64,000 nucleotides of DNA from a virus, in the IMG/VR virus record IMGVR_UViG_3300046001_004063, positions 11,098 to 75,097 of that record; one strand, given 5' to 3'. Positions 19,069 to 28,904 of the stretch are shown here, piece by piece. Position 1 is the stretch's first letter, and every line of letters begins with the position of its first letter. Made by a program: the position numbers and the translations under genes. The notes below the pieces were generated by a model. It was given only the letters and a program-made list of their open reading frames with translations, made no database searches and was not told where the DNA came from.

Positions 19069-19692
19069 TTATCCAATCATTACAGCCGAGTATAATGTGT
19101 ACCTGTCTTTATTTATATTGCGTATATTGTGCAGTGTGCCAGCACCGTTGAGAAACATAATGCCTTTGTTACGTTGTCCGGTCATTGTGTAGTAGGGGTC
19201 TGGCGTAGTGATATCAAACAGTTCGGTTCCGGTATCGTTGTCAGTTAAATTAACAATCATCTGTAGAATAATATGATTGTTGTCACAGTGAGTGCCCATT
19301 GCAAATCCCGGAGCATCATGATTTATAACAGTTACAGTTTTTGTGGAATTGACATAGTAATCAAGATTTTTGTGCCAGAGCTTTCTAAAATAAGCCTTGC
19401 CTGTGTCTATATCTGTCTGTGTTGCGGCATGAAGAAATTCTGCACGTTGCCTACTAGGCACCTGTAATAGTTCTTTCAACATATCTGACTTGCAATCTGC
19501 ATGACACTGTTTTCGTTGGTGACTGATAGCTGATGTTGTATTATCAACCCAGATGTCTGCGCAAAGTAATTCATTTGAACAATCAGGAGCATCAACTAGT
19601 TCAACTTCCCAAAACATACTATCATACATGCCATTTAAGTGGCTTGGCTGTAGCACTTTATGTATGCGTCGTTGGCCTAGTTGTATATGCAT
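19069..19692 (-). CDS. 2OG-Fe(II) oxygenase-like protein
   Basis: HCD...H...R motif; likely start MHIQLGQ at 19692 (TGATG overlap) rather than 20094. Confidence 0.65.
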   Translation of the reverse strand: MHIQLGQRRIHKVLQPSHLNGMYDSMFWEVELVDAPDCSNELLCADIWVDNTTSAISHQRKQCHADCKSDMLKELLQVPSRQRAEFLHAATQTDIDTGKAYFRKLWHKNLDYYVNSTKTVTVINHDAPGFAMGTHCDNNHIILQMIVNLTDNDTGTELFDITTPDPYYTMTGQRNKGIMFLNGAGTLHNIRNINKDRYTLYSAVMIG

Positions 19693-20219
19693 CAGCGTTC
19701 CGGGAACGGTGGAACAACAGGTGCTGTCTTGCCACCCCAGCCTGTTATTATTTCTGTACTTGCTGGCGCTCCAAATCCTGTTGACGTACTTGCAAATCCT
19801 GCGCTTGAAGGTTGCGATCCCCAAGCATGTGTGACTGTTGTTGCTGTTGGTGCACCAAACGTACCAAGCCCGGACTGCGGTGTTGATCCAGGTATTTGAT
19901 ATGTTGAACCGACATTTGATGGTAAGTTGATTCCGCCATTGTTGGCTCCTCCAAGTTTTTCCTGTGTACGACCATACGCCGCAATACCCAACACAGCACC
20001 CATGGCAATGTGATACAACCCAGCGCCTTGCAAGGTGATAGGTTGCCACTGAACGTTGACCTGTCCTTTTGAAATACTCTGTAGCACTGACCACAGCACT
20101 GGAAATATCACAAAGTCAGCAATACAGGTCAACATGTAACTCCATCCCATCATGGGACGCCATTTTGAATTCATCCAGTCTTCTTTTTTCTTTTCACTCT
20201 CACTCATTTTTTGTGTCAT
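19692..20219 (-). CDS. holin-like membrane protein (GTA 3TM-holin-like)
   Basis: WRPMMGW, transmembrane helices, GRTQEK; next to the endolysin. Confidence 0.7.
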   Translation of the reverse strand: MTQKMSESEKKKEDWMNSKWRPMMGWSYMLTCIADFVIFPVLWSVLQSISKGQVNVQWQPITLQGAGLYHIAMGAVLGIAAYGRTQEKLGGANNGGINLPSNVGSTYQIPGSTPQSGLGTFGAPTATTVTHAWGSQPSSAGFASTSTGFGAPASTEIITGWGGKTAPVVPPFPER

Positions 20220-20240
20220 ATCTGGCTCCGTATTATAATT

Positions 20241-20777
20241 TTAAAACCACAGCCAATAGCCCTGGGCCATCAGCACTAATCCCAATGCACCAACGCCTAA
20301 ACTGGCCTTATACATTTTGTTGTTTACCGACAAAATACTAGCACTCAACAGCACAATAGCCAGTTGAAACAACATGCCGGAGAATGTTAGCCATGGGCTG
20401 TGTGCTCTAGCCGCTTCACGTGCGGCATCTTGTGCTCGTGCCTTGGCCAGTAATTCTCGTTTGCCTTCGCCTGTGTCAGGTTCGCTTTCGTATCTAGCAA
20501 TCTTGGCTTCTAGTTTCTCAATACGTTCTTTGTCAACGCCTTTTTTAGCTTCTTCTAATTGTCCTTCGGCCAGAGTCTGTTTGATACTTTTGCTCTGATA
20601 GAATCCATAAGTGTTGCTGGCCTGTAGCAGGTTGGTCTGTGCTGTGCTTGAAAAGCCATTGGCAAGATATGTGTTGGCAGCCAAAAATAAGGCCATAAAC
20701 ACAATGACCAGGCCGGCTTTGTCTTTGATCTGTGCTTCACGCTCTGAACGCGATAGGGGTTTGTTTTCTTCAGCCAT
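20241..20777 (-). CDS. DUF4337-like membrane protein
   Basis: YQSKSIK motif, three transmembrane segments. Confidence 0.65.
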   Translation of the reverse strand: MAEENKPLSRSEREAQIKDKAGLVIVFMALFLAANTYLANGFSSTAQTNLLQASNTYGFYQSKSIKQTLAEGQLEEAKKGVDKERIEKLEAKIARYESEPDTGEGKRELLAKARAQDAAREAARAHSPWLTFSGMLFQLAIVLLSASILSVNNKMYKASLGVGALGLVLMAQGYWLWF

Positions 20778-20781
20778 TTCA

Positions 20782-20898
20782 TTAATCCTTTTTAATCACG
20801 GCCATCACACGAGCCTGTATGCGTTTTGCAAAGTCCGGTTGTGGGAAATTCCAACCAATGAATGCTCCTACGGCCAACCAAAATAGTGTTTCCAACAT
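20782..20898 (-). CDS. small membrane protein (MLETLFWLAVGAFIGWNFPQP...)
   Basis: 38-aa ORF read manually; GGAG RBS. Confidence 0.65.
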   Translation of the reverse strand: MLETLFWLAVGAFIGWNFPQPDFAKRIQARVMAVIKKD

Positions 20899-20901
20899 GA
20901 T

Positions 20902-21519
20902 TTATGCTCCTAGTATATGTAATGCGTGTTCAGTATGCTTGATGCGATCTTCTAAGCCAATATAACCACCGTTGATGGCTCGTGTCAGGCCCTTGGTATC
21001 ATTTGCATCAGCAAATCTATTTAAGTTATTTTGTTCCCAGAAGAAACAAGCACTCTGTGCGGCACCTTCGAATGTGGCCAGATACTCGGCAGCTTCTTCT
21101 ACTGAAATACCCAGTGATCCTGCAAAGAATGTGTAGTTGTCCTTACCAGTCAACTGAATCAATCCACGACCACAAAAACGCCAGCCATCGCCAGACGCTT
21201 CGTCGCCATTGCCCATGCGGTTGGCATAGACTCTGTTGGCAATTTTTTCAGGCTTGTTGGCGTATTGTTGTGCCAGTTCAGCAGTGGGGAAATACTTTTT
21301 AAACACTGTCATCAAACTTGCGGCCTTGTAGTTTAGATTTTCTTTGATAAAAACAAAATTACCTGACTCGTGTGCGCACTGTGCTACAAAGTGTGCCACA
21401 CGCAGGGGTGTGTTGATTTCGTAATCATCCAGCAACTGGTCCAGTGCTTCGTGCCAGTGCGTGATGTAGGGATTCTTGACCATTTGTTTTAGTTGGTCTA
21501 GTGCTAGTATACTACTCAT
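20902..21519 (-). CDS. glycoside hydrolase family 19 endolysin
   Basis: AQCAHES, ENLNY, GRGLIQLTG..NY, INGG..GL.DR. Confidence 0.92.
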   Translation of the reverse strand: MSSILALDQLKQMVKNPYITHWHEALDQLLDDYEINTPLRVAHFVAQCAHESGNFVFIKENLNYKAASLMTVFKKYFPTAELAQQYANKPEKIANRVYANRMGNGDEASGDGWRFCGRGLIQLTGKDNYTFFAGSLGISVEEAAEYLATFEGAAQSACFFWEQNNLNRFADANDTKGLTRAINGGYIGLEDRIKHTEHALHILGA

Positions 21520-21797
21520 TTAACGGCTCCTTCAAATATATTCTTTTGTATCTGATACCACTGTTGCCAAGCATCTGCTTTCACAGCGCACTCATAGTAT
21601 GTGCCATAGTTGATGGTTACTGTTCTTGCAACATCACTTAACACAGGTGCATCTTTTAATTTTTCTAAATTGGGACAACGTTCTAAAGAGTTTAGCCCAG
21701 GCGGTTCAGGAAACCGTGCAGTAACTGGTACTGCGGTTGAGCATCCTGCAAGTGCGACAAGTACGGCCAAACTAACTACAACACTTTTGCTACTCAT
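21516..21797 (-). CDS. o-spanin (Rz1-like lipoprotein)
   Basis: lipobox LAGC, Pro-rich, next to the endolysin. Confidence 0.75.
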   Translation of the reverse strand: MSSKSVVVSLAVLVALAGCSTAVPVTARFPEPPGLNSLERCPNLEKLKDAPVLSDVARTVTINYGTYYECAVKADAWQQWYQIQKNIFEGAVK

Positions 21798-23836
21798 TTC
21801 CTATACCTTTTACTTTCGGGTGCCATTCCCCAGGATGCGTCTTCGGCTGCCACTGCGGGTGGTTTTGCTGTGGCCGTCTGGTATCCAGAGAAACCAGTTT
21901 TACTAAAGTTTGTAACAGGCGCGGCAGATTTCTTTGGTGCCAATAACCCACCGTAGGTTACCTTAGACGGTGCACCTGCTGTGGTAGATGTTGCTTGAGG
22001 AGCCGCTGGTTTAGCAACTGGTGCGGCTGGTGCGGCTGGTGCGGCTGGTGCGGCTGGTGCGGCTGGTGCGGCTGGGTTAGCAACCGGAGTCGCTGGGTTA
22101 GCACCCGGTACACCAGCAAACGGTATCTTCATTGTTCCGTAAACTTGCTTGACAGAAGCAGATGGCACACCTGCATCTTGCATCACTTTGGCCACAGCCT
22201 CACTGTCAGTTGGGTTGCCTGCTTTCTTCCATGCTTGTAATAGTTTGTCAGCAGTGATTTTGGTTGTCAAGTTAGCGCCTTTGGTCTTGGCCCAGTCAAC
22301 TGCTGAACCAACTGCTTTACTGGCAGCACCTTTGACACTATCCCAGATTCCTTCGTCAAGTTTGCGTTGACGTTCGAGGATCTTGCCAATCACCAAATAG
22401 ATTTGGCTTTCAGTTAAATCGATACTTTCATTGACGCCGGCTGCTTTTGCTACAGCCGCTTTACCTGCGGCCATTGCCGCTTGCTTAGCCGCTTGGATCA
22501 TATATGGACTGTTGCCTGCTCGCGCCATTCCCTTAGCTAGTGTCTGTTGAAATTCAGGAGTAGCCATTATTTGATCTATAGTGATTCCAGAAACATTACC
22601 AGCAAAATCACTCACTGCGCTAGTTGCAACATTAGAGGCAGCATTTGCGGCAGTACCTACCGCTGAGCCGCCACCGTCTTGTAGTTGTTGCATTAATTGG
22701 GCACGAACTTGCTTTGTTAAAAGGTCTTTGCCCATCTGTGTTAGACCTTCACCGGTAGCACCTACAATGTTATCTGTTAAATCCAATACATCATTATAAC
22801 TGTTTACCCCATTAGCGGCAATAAGTTCTTTCACTGAGTCATTTGCGGCTTTAAATGCGGCATCTTGTGCGGCTCTAGCCGAAGCAACACTACTAGCGGC
22901 TGTACTTACATCTGGTGTGCCTTTAATCAAGTCGCCAATCTTACTAGCACCGTAAGCCATTGCGCCTGTTTTAGCACCTGAGTATGCGGCACTGGAGAAC
23001 TTCTCACCTTGCAACAACTTGTCTACCAGTTTGAACAACCCAACAGCGGCTGCACCACCAACTCCCGCGGTGCTGATACCAGCGGCAGCAATCAATGCTG
23101 AATAGATTAAACTCTGTGCAACAGGATGCTTCTTAGCAAAGTCTCTGTACTTTTGTACATATTTCATAGCACCCTGGTCGCCACCGGTTGCTTGCTTTAG
23201 TTTCTCGGCGGCACTATCATACATGGCATCAACGTTCTTGATGGGACCAGAGTTCTGTACTTTGGTCTTTAGTTCTTCCCATGCTTGACCAACAGCACTG
23301 GCAGCATCTTTGCCTTGGCCAATCAAGGTACGATTGCCGCCTGCGGCAGTGGCACCTTGTTCTACTTGTTGGAAGATTTGATTAATTTGATCAGCAGTTA
23401 GTTGTGCTTCAGAAATTCTTTGTCCAGCATTTTCCCACAACTTGTATGTGCGTGTTTCTGTAATCATTACTTTTGTTGTGCGATTGCTCTCACTTACTTT
23501 CTTGGGCAATGATTTATAATTTTGTTTACGATCAGCACCGTGAAATTCCTTGGCAACGTCCGGACTGATACCAACTTTCCGGGCAAACTTGGGATTGTGT
23601 GCGGCTGCTGCCATTGTGCGGAACTGTGCTTGGCTGGTGCTCTTTTCATCTAGTTGTTCTTCAGCTAGGCCGCCTGCTTGTGCATCTTGGTCGGCCATTC
23701 GAACAGTTTCTGCGTCACGTCGTTGATCAGCCGCTTGTGATTGCCAACTGTCGGGATTGTCGGCTTGATCTTCAACCATGGCGGCCCTGGACGCCGCTAC
23801 TCTAGGTGTTTCGTTTATAAATTCATTAAATTTCAT
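21794..23836 (-). CDS. large Ala-rich putative internal/ejection protein
   Basis: MKFNEFINE start; LAE/LDE/VSE/VNE linkers; hydrophobic Gly/Ala segment; PAA repeat. Confidence 0.7.
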   Translation of the reverse strand: MKFNEFINETPRVAASRAAMVEDQADNPDSWQSQAADQRRDAETVRMADQDAQAGGLAEEQLDEKSTSQAQFRTMAAAAHNPKFARKVGISPDVAKEFHGADRKQNYKSLPKKVSESNRTTKVMITETRTYKLWENAGQRISEAQLTADQINQIFQQVEQGATAAGGNRTLIGQGKDAASAVGQAWEELKTKVQNSGPIKNVDAMYDSAAEKLKQATGGDQGAMKYVQKYRDFAKKHPVAQSLIYSALIAAAGISTAGVGGAAAVGLFKLVDKLLQGEKFSSAAYSGAKTGAMAYGASKIGDLIKGTPDVSTAASSVASARAAQDAAFKAANDSVKELIAANGVNSYNDVLDLTDNIVGATGEGLTQMGKDLLTKQVRAQLMQQLQDGGGSAVGTAANAASNVATSAVSDFAGNVSGITIDQIMATPEFQQTLAKGMARAGNSPYMIQAAKQAAMAAGKAAVAKAAGVNESIDLTESQIYLVIGKILERQRKLDEGIWDSVKGAASKAVGSAVDWAKTKGANLTTKITADKLLQAWKKAGNPTDSEAVAKVMQDAGVPSASVKQVYGTMKIPFAGVPGANPATPVANPAAPAAPAAPAAPAAPAAPVAKPAAPQATSTTAGAPSKVTYGGLLAPKKSAAPVTNFSKTGFSGYQTATAKPPAVAAEDASWGMAPESKRYRK
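22018..22075. repeat. 9-bp tandem repeat (CTGGTGCGG), about 6 copies, encoding (PAA)n
   Basis: directly visible. Confidence 0.9.
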
Positions 23837-24306
23837 TTCTTAGGTCCTTCTGCGGCATCATTGTGTGCCTTGATAAATTCTCGAGGTATTTCACAAATAC
23901 CACCCGGCATGAACTTGGTGTCGTATTTGATTACTTCTCGATCCACGTACTCTCTTACAACTTCTGTACGACCACGAATGTACTTGATTGTTTCCTTGGT
24001 TTTGGTTTCTATTTCTGTGTTGGCAGCCGCAGATTGTTCTTCAGCAATTTTTAACTTGGCTTCAACTTCTGCAACCTTTGCTTGCCAACGGTCATCAGCG
24101 GCTTGGCCGCCTAGCATCCAGGCACCAATGACCAACAACACAACGCCTGCCAACTCAGCAGGTGTTCGGTACAGGGCAACCCCGGGAATCCAACGCACTG
24201 CTTTGCTGGCTAAAAATAGTCCAAATCCGCCTGCGGCAGCGGCCCAGGCCATGAGTACAAAAATAAAATCCGGAATTAAACTAAACATCCATGCAAGTTG
24301 CGACAT
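23833..24306 (-). CDS. i-spanin (Rz-like)
   Basis: N-terminal TM segments, coiled coil, C-terminal C.IP..F...HN.AA. Confidence 0.7.
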   Translation of the reverse strand: MSQLAWMFSLIPDFIFVLMAWAAAAGGFGLFLASKAVRWIPGVALYRTPAELAGVVLLVIGAWMLGGQAADDRWQAKVAEVEAKLKIAEEQSAAANTEIETKTKETIKYIRGRTEVVREYVDREVIKYDTKFMPGGICEIPREFIKAHNDAAEGPKK

Positions 24307-24378
24307 ACGTATACCTTATATGTACGTATTTAGCAAGTGGCATATTTACTGTAACCCTATATTTTTTATGTGTTAATA

Positions 24379-25434
24379 CTAGTAAACAAACAGTTTTTGA
24401 TCACCGCGATCTGGAAACAAATCAATTTTGGTATCTTGTCTGCGTATATCTAAAGTGATACAATGCAATCCACCATCCCAAAATGTTCTTGTTCTAAATG
24501 GCATTGCATGTGCGGTAACTCCGTGTTTTTCTAACTCTCGAAATACGCCTTCATTTTCGCCCACCATCAACACATTGTGCTCATCAATTACCAAACAGTT
24601 GACTTCGAAGTAAGTTTCTGTATAGTCTCCTACCCAATCTTGAGCATGTTTAATCACGTGATCGTTAAATTTTGCTGATTCGACAATGCTGGGCAAATAC
24701 CACTTGCCATTACTAACAGGACCTTTTCTCCATGCAAGCGTGTGCTTGGAAAATTCTGGTTGGCTTATGTTGATACAATCCCATCCAGGAAATGTACGTT
24801 CATAGTCTGAAAAATATTCACTGGTCAGCAACACTCCAGGTTTGATCACAGCAAAACACGCATCCACGTGGCCGCCATTGTTTAATACATGCAACCGATA
24901 ATCTTTAAAAGTTTGCTGTACATATTCAACATCTATATCACCTTCATTCCAGTGAGTGTCTAGATAGAGATCACGACCAGCACGTACAGTGTTAGCGCCG
25001 CATATATGAGTGACCGCAGGAACATTGGGACGATTGAATATAAGGCTGGCAGGATCCTGTGAGTATTCAGCAACAGCGTCGGCCCAGGGCCGGTGGAACC
25101 AAGGGTGTCCATACAATGTGTTACCAAAAACTAAAAAATGATCACGCGGTGTGATCATGGGCTTGCGCAATTGCCCTGCACTGGTGGGATGGGTAGGGTG
25201 TTCCAAAAAATTTTCAATGCGATCATATTGGGGTCTGCGCACTTGTACACCGAACTCTTCTAACTTGCGTTGTATTACAGTGAGATCTTCTTGGGTCTTT
25301 TCTGTGATTTCATAAAAGATATCACGCACTTCAGATTCCAAATGGTCATAAAAATGTGCAGGATAACAATCTCCCAACCAGACTTCTTCCAGGCAACCCC
25401 AGTTGGTAAAACTGTTTATCTTTGGCAGTGTCAT
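24379..25434 (-). CDS. amidinotransferase (glycine/inosamine-phosphate type)
   Basis: PRD, GHVD, DGGLHCITLD catalytic motifs. Confidence 0.85.
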   Translation of the reverse strand: MTLPKINSFTNWGCLEEVWLGDCYPAHFYDHLESEVRDIFYEITEKTQEDLTVIQRKLEEFGVQVRRPQYDRIENFLEHPTHPTSAGQLRKPMITPRDHFLVFGNTLYGHPWFHRPWADAVAEYSQDPASLIFNRPNVPAVTHICGANTVRAGRDLYLDTHWNEGDIDVEYVQQTFKDYRLHVLNNGGHVDACFAVIKPGVLLTSEYFSDYERTFPGWDCINISQPEFSKHTLAWRKGPVSNGKWYLPSIVESAKFNDHVIKHAQDWVGDYTETYFEVNCLVIDEHNVLMVGENEGVFRELEKHGVTAHAMPFRTRTFWDGGLHCITLDIRRQDTKIDLFPDRGDQKLFVY

Positions 25435-26225
25435 TTAAGTCCCATGCTTTTTCGTATGTTTGTAGCACTGATACTGTGGGTTGATTCATCAAATGACTCT
25501 TGTTCAATTTTATAGCCCACGTCACGTCCGTAGGTGATGTTTACAATGTTAGGAACAACCTGTATTTCGTATTGTCCTTGATACACCATGTCTAGATCTC
25601 TGCGTATATAATTCTTTACTTGTTCAATGGCAAATGGGTTTGAACCTTGCCATCCTTGACAGTCGCGAATTTGTATAACAACCTGCCCTGTTTTGGCAAT
25701 GGCACGGTCAAACAGCGCACGATGTCCTGCATGCCAAGGTTGCCAACGTCCTAGCATTTGCACAGTTTCTCGTTGCCAATCAAACACAGGTCTACGACGG
25801 TTGTCTAAGATATGTGCGGCAATGAACTCACCCCATTTCTCACTGTGCTGTTCTGTAATTCTAAAATCATAAACTTCAGGCGGAACAAAGGCTCGGTTAG
25901 TGTCTTCGTATCTACCTTTGTCAATGGTGTCAACCCACACTGTCCAGTCTGCTTTGAAGTTATTGCGCATTTCCACCAACGGAGCAACAAAGTCACAGAT
26001 GACATAATCAACATCGGTCATCGTGTCTGCCAATGATCGCATACGTAGACTTTGTCGAATACGGCCTGCTTCGCTAAAGTCCCAGTCATTGTATTCTTTG
26101 CGTACATCGTCGGCATTTAACCAATGAACTCGTTTCTTTTCGTTTTGCAAATGCTCGAGTATGTGCTGTGCCAGATATGTTTTGCCGGCTCCTGGTAAGC
26201 CCATGATTAAAATACGTTGTGGCAT
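25431..26225 (-). CDS. adenylylsulfate kinase fused to an HxGH nucleotidyltransferase domain
   Basis: GLPGAGKT...NADDVR...DFS..GR; GRWQPWHAGH; ISATNIR. Confidence 0.8.
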   Translation of the reverse strand: MPQRILIMGLPGAGKTYLAQHILEHLQNEKKRVHWLNADDVRKEYNDWDFSEAGRIRQSLRMRSLADTMTDVDYVICDFVAPLVEMRNNFKADWTVWVDTIDKGRYEDTNRAFVPPEVYDFRITEQHSEKWGEFIAAHILDNRRRPVFDWQRETVQMLGRWQPWHAGHRALFDRAIAKTGQVVIQIRDCQGWQGSNPFAIEQVKNYIRRDLDMVYQGQYEIQVVPNIVNITYGRDVGYKIEQESFDESTHSISATNIRKSMGLK

Positions 26226-26226
26226 G

Positions 26227-26856
26227 TTATTTCCATTTCCTTGAAGTGTGTTTTGCTAGATCATCTGTGGCATGATGCGCCACAGGTTGAAAGTATTTAC
26301 TGTTGGTATCATCCACTAGAATATTTGTCAACTGCGGATGTTCAAAATCCATTGGGAATTCCAACTGCTTTGCAATCTGCCGCAGGTAATCTTCTCGGTA
26401 CAAGTGTAGCAATTCATAACTTAAAAACACAGGATCCCAGGTGCGTAGTTTTTCATACTCAGCAAGTGCAATGTCAACTGTGGGCTCGCCACGCACACGA
26501 GTTTGTTGATAATTTAGTATGTTGCAATCTCGTCCGATCACAGCAATCTTTACACAGATACCCAGGCCCATAGCAGTGGCAGCAAAACGTACAATGTTGG
26601 GCACAGTGCGCTCGCCGTTGAGCATGTAAGGTGTGCTTACACTGGTGACAAAGTAATCACAGCGGCTCCAGTCAAAGTCTTTGAGTAAATCAGGATTTTC
26701 CCAGTACTCGGCAAAGGGTTCTTGATCATGCCCTATCCAGTATTCATGCAACAACTTATGCCAACCGTGTACATCAGGATGCAGGGCAAATATTTTTGAC
26801 CATAAATGATTGCCAGACCCCTGTGGGCCTGTTAAAATTACGAGTGTTTTTGCCAC
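26227..26856 (-). CDS. sulfotransferase-like P-loop protein
   Basis: TGPQGSGNH 5'-PSB-like loop, IGRD, SYE. Confidence 0.6.
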   Translation of the reverse strand: MAKTLVILTGPQGSGNHLWSKIFALHPDVHGWHKLLHEYWIGHDQEPFAEYWENPDLLKDFDWSRCDYFVTSVSTPYMLNGERTVPNIVRFAATAMGLGICVKIAVIGRDCNILNYQQTRVRGEPTVDIALAEYEKLRTWDPVFLSYELLHLYREDYLRQIAKQLEFPMDFEHPQLTNILVDDTNSKYFQPVAHHATDDLAKHTSRKWK

Positions 26857-27047
26857 GTGATTTTATTCCAAATTCTTTCGTGTATGTAATACAAAATAGT
26901 ATTCAGTGTTACTTGAGTTATTGCAATTGTGCCAGCAACAGAAAAATCTCCCAGCACCAAATAAGATATTGCAAAAGTTGCGCCACTACCAGTTATACGC
27001 CAACTGATAGTTTTGACCAAACTTCTTGTTGATGTGTCTGTGCTCAT
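26838..27047 (-). CDS. DUF2061-like small membrane protein
   Basis: RSLVKTISWR...YYIHERIW. Confidence 0.8.
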   Translation of the reverse strand: MSTDTSTRSLVKTISWRITGSGATFAISYLVLGDFSVAGTIAITQVTLNTILYYIHERIWNKITWQKHS

Positions 27048-27706
27048 TGTAGAGATGCCAGGAAGCGGCGAGTTTGATCTGTAATAACCCCAGTTAATTG
27101 AAATGTAACTCTAGGATGATGACCTGCATTGGCAGTGCTGTGCGGCATGTTGGCCCAGTCAAAAGTTGATACATCACCGGCACGCCATTGATTCCAATGG
27201 TGGTTGCCATACTCCCAGAACTGTCCAGGTTGCCAATCTGTTAACTGTACAAAATAGCGTCCTATCTTTGTGGGATCTTCAGGGCACCATTTCTGCAGTT
27301 TGTCTATGTGTAAATTCCACACTTCTCCAGGCTGCTGTACGTGTATGCGTTCCATGCAATCATCTAGGCCAAATACCCGAGTAATTGCTTGTAACGAAGC
27401 AGGAATACGCCAGTTAATATGAGTAATGATCATTTTGGGATCTGCGCCCACACGTTCAATGTCGTATTCTTCTGCCAACAAATCTTCACGTGGAGGAGGA
27501 ACACCTTCGCCTTTGTAGCCGCGAGTTTCCCAAGTTGCTGGGTTTGAGTTGGCAACAATGTCTTCAATATCGGCCTGCCATGTGGGTTCAATATGTCCTA
27601 GATGGTTGATTACATCTTCGAATCGATCTATTTTGACAGTGTCAAAATGATATGTACTGTAACTCTTGGTGAAATCCCAACTGCTTTTAAATTCGTCTGT
27701 TATCAT
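27044..27706 (-). CDS. 2OG-Fe(II)/cupin oxygenase-like protein
   Basis: HID...PHSTANAG..PR. Confidence 0.7.
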   Translation of the reverse strand: MITDEFKSSWDFTKSYSTYHFDTVKIDRFEDVINHLGHIEPTWQADIEDIVANSNPATWETRGYKGEGVPPPREDLLAEEYDIERVGADPKMIITHINWRIPASLQAITRVFGLDDCMERIHVQQPGEVWNLHIDKLQKWCPEDPTKIGRYFVQLTDWQPGQFWEYGNHHWNQWRAGDVSTFDWANMPHSTANAGHHPRVTFQLTGVITDQTRRFLASLQ

Positions 27707-28329
27707 ATTAATGTGACCCTTACGTCGCTTGCGCCATAACTTTGTTCATACTCTGCCGGCGGAACTTCTATACCCAACATACGTGCCAACTGTTGATTGG
27801 TCAACGGATGTTGTCCTGGATATTTCAATGAAGCATTCACAATGCCTGTGTTCTGTTGTTTAATTATGCTGGCCATTGTTTTTAAGTTTTTATAGTACAT
27901 GTCATATGCAGGATAGGTAATATCAAAGTGTCCACACTTGACCCACCAGCCTAAACAAGCATCATCAGGGCGATGTACAATTACAATAGGCACTTCGGAG
28001 AACTGTTCTCGCAAATAGTCAATGTGATTTGAGAACACATGGCTTTTGATAATGCGTACACCTCGAGATTCTTTAAATTGAAATGGCTCAGCAAAGATAG
28101 TTTCTAACTCAGTTCTAGTTAGTGTGGTCAAATCCTCTGGCAATGCAGAGATCATACCGGGATCAAAGTAAGCACCCAAGTGCATGAGTTCGCGAGTGCC
28201 CGACGCATCGTGATAATAAGTCCATTCATCTCTATAGTCCGAACGATCAATGTCGGGACTATAGTAGATGTTCTTGACCACACTGCTCCATTTACTGCCA
28301 GGAGCACCGGCTACAAAGATATATTTCAT
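27703..28329 (-). CDS. sulfotransferase-like protein (paralog 1)
   Basis: GAPGSKWS loop, IIKSH, VHR. Confidence 0.55.
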   Translation of the reverse strand: MKYIFVAGAPGSKWSSVVKNIYYSPDIDRSDYRDEWTYYHDASGTRELMHLGAYFDPGMISALPEDLTTLTRTELETIFAEPFQFKESRGVRIIKSHVFSNHIDYLREQFSEVPIVIVHRPDDACLGWWVKCGHFDITYPAYDMYYKNLKTMASIIKQQNTGIVNASLKYPGQHPLTNQQLARMLGIEVPPAEYEQSYGASDVRVTLI

Positions 28330-28904
28330 TTTATAATAGTAATTAGCATATCGCTAAACTTGTGATCAACTTCTCTGTTGACACCAAAATTATCTAATAC
28401 CCATTTGGGTGTTAAATGATTCCAAGTCGCATTGTGTTTGTACGAAAACCCCAGTATAGATTGATTCATTCGAGCTATTTCACTCATCATATTGGTAGCA
28501 TCTTTAAATGCATCATACTTGGGATATGTGATATTAAACCCGCCTGCACCATTCCACCACGCAAAGCTGATAGTGTCTGGACGATATACTAGTACAATCC
28601 AATCATTGGGATACTGTTGCTTAATCGCATCTAAGTGATGTGCCCACTCATGTGCTTTAATTAATCTACAGCCATCCAATGTAGTGTGTGCGCTGTCAAT
28701 GTTGGCAGGGGTTAAATCCAAGGGGAATTCCATACCCGAGCCAAAGTATGCGCCTAAATGATCTGAAAAGGGTTTAAAGATAAACGTGCGTTCGGGTGTG
28801 CGATCGCTTGTGTTAAACCCTGGCACAGTTTCTAATAGTTGTGCAACACCGGACCAGCGTGATCCGGGTACACCTGAAAAGAATATGCGTTTAGGCAAAG
28901 ACAT
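28326..28904 (-). CDS. sulfotransferase-like protein (paralog 2)
   Basis: GVPGSRWS, HLGAYF, LIKAH and WW..G.F.ITYP.Y shared with 27703-28329. Confidence 0.55.
   Translation of the reverse strand: MSLPKRIFFSGVPGSRWSGVAQLLETVPGFNTSDRTPERTFIFKPFSDHLGAYFGSGMEFPLDLTPANIDSAHTTLDGCRLIKAHEWAHHLDAIKQQYPNDWIVLVYRPDTISFAWWNGAGGFNITYPKYDAFKDATNMMSEIARMNQSILGFSYKHNATWNHLTPKWVLDNFGVNREVDHKFSDMLITIIK

Noticed and set aside
19693-20094. N-terminal extension of the 341-aa ORF 19069-20094
   Set aside because: Overlaps the holin-like gene in another frame; a coupled ATG exists at 19692.
22018-22075. GCTGGTGC repeat resembling Chi sites or a CRISPR array
   Set aside because: Mismatch to GCTGGTGG, no spacers, and fully explained by a (PAA)n linker.
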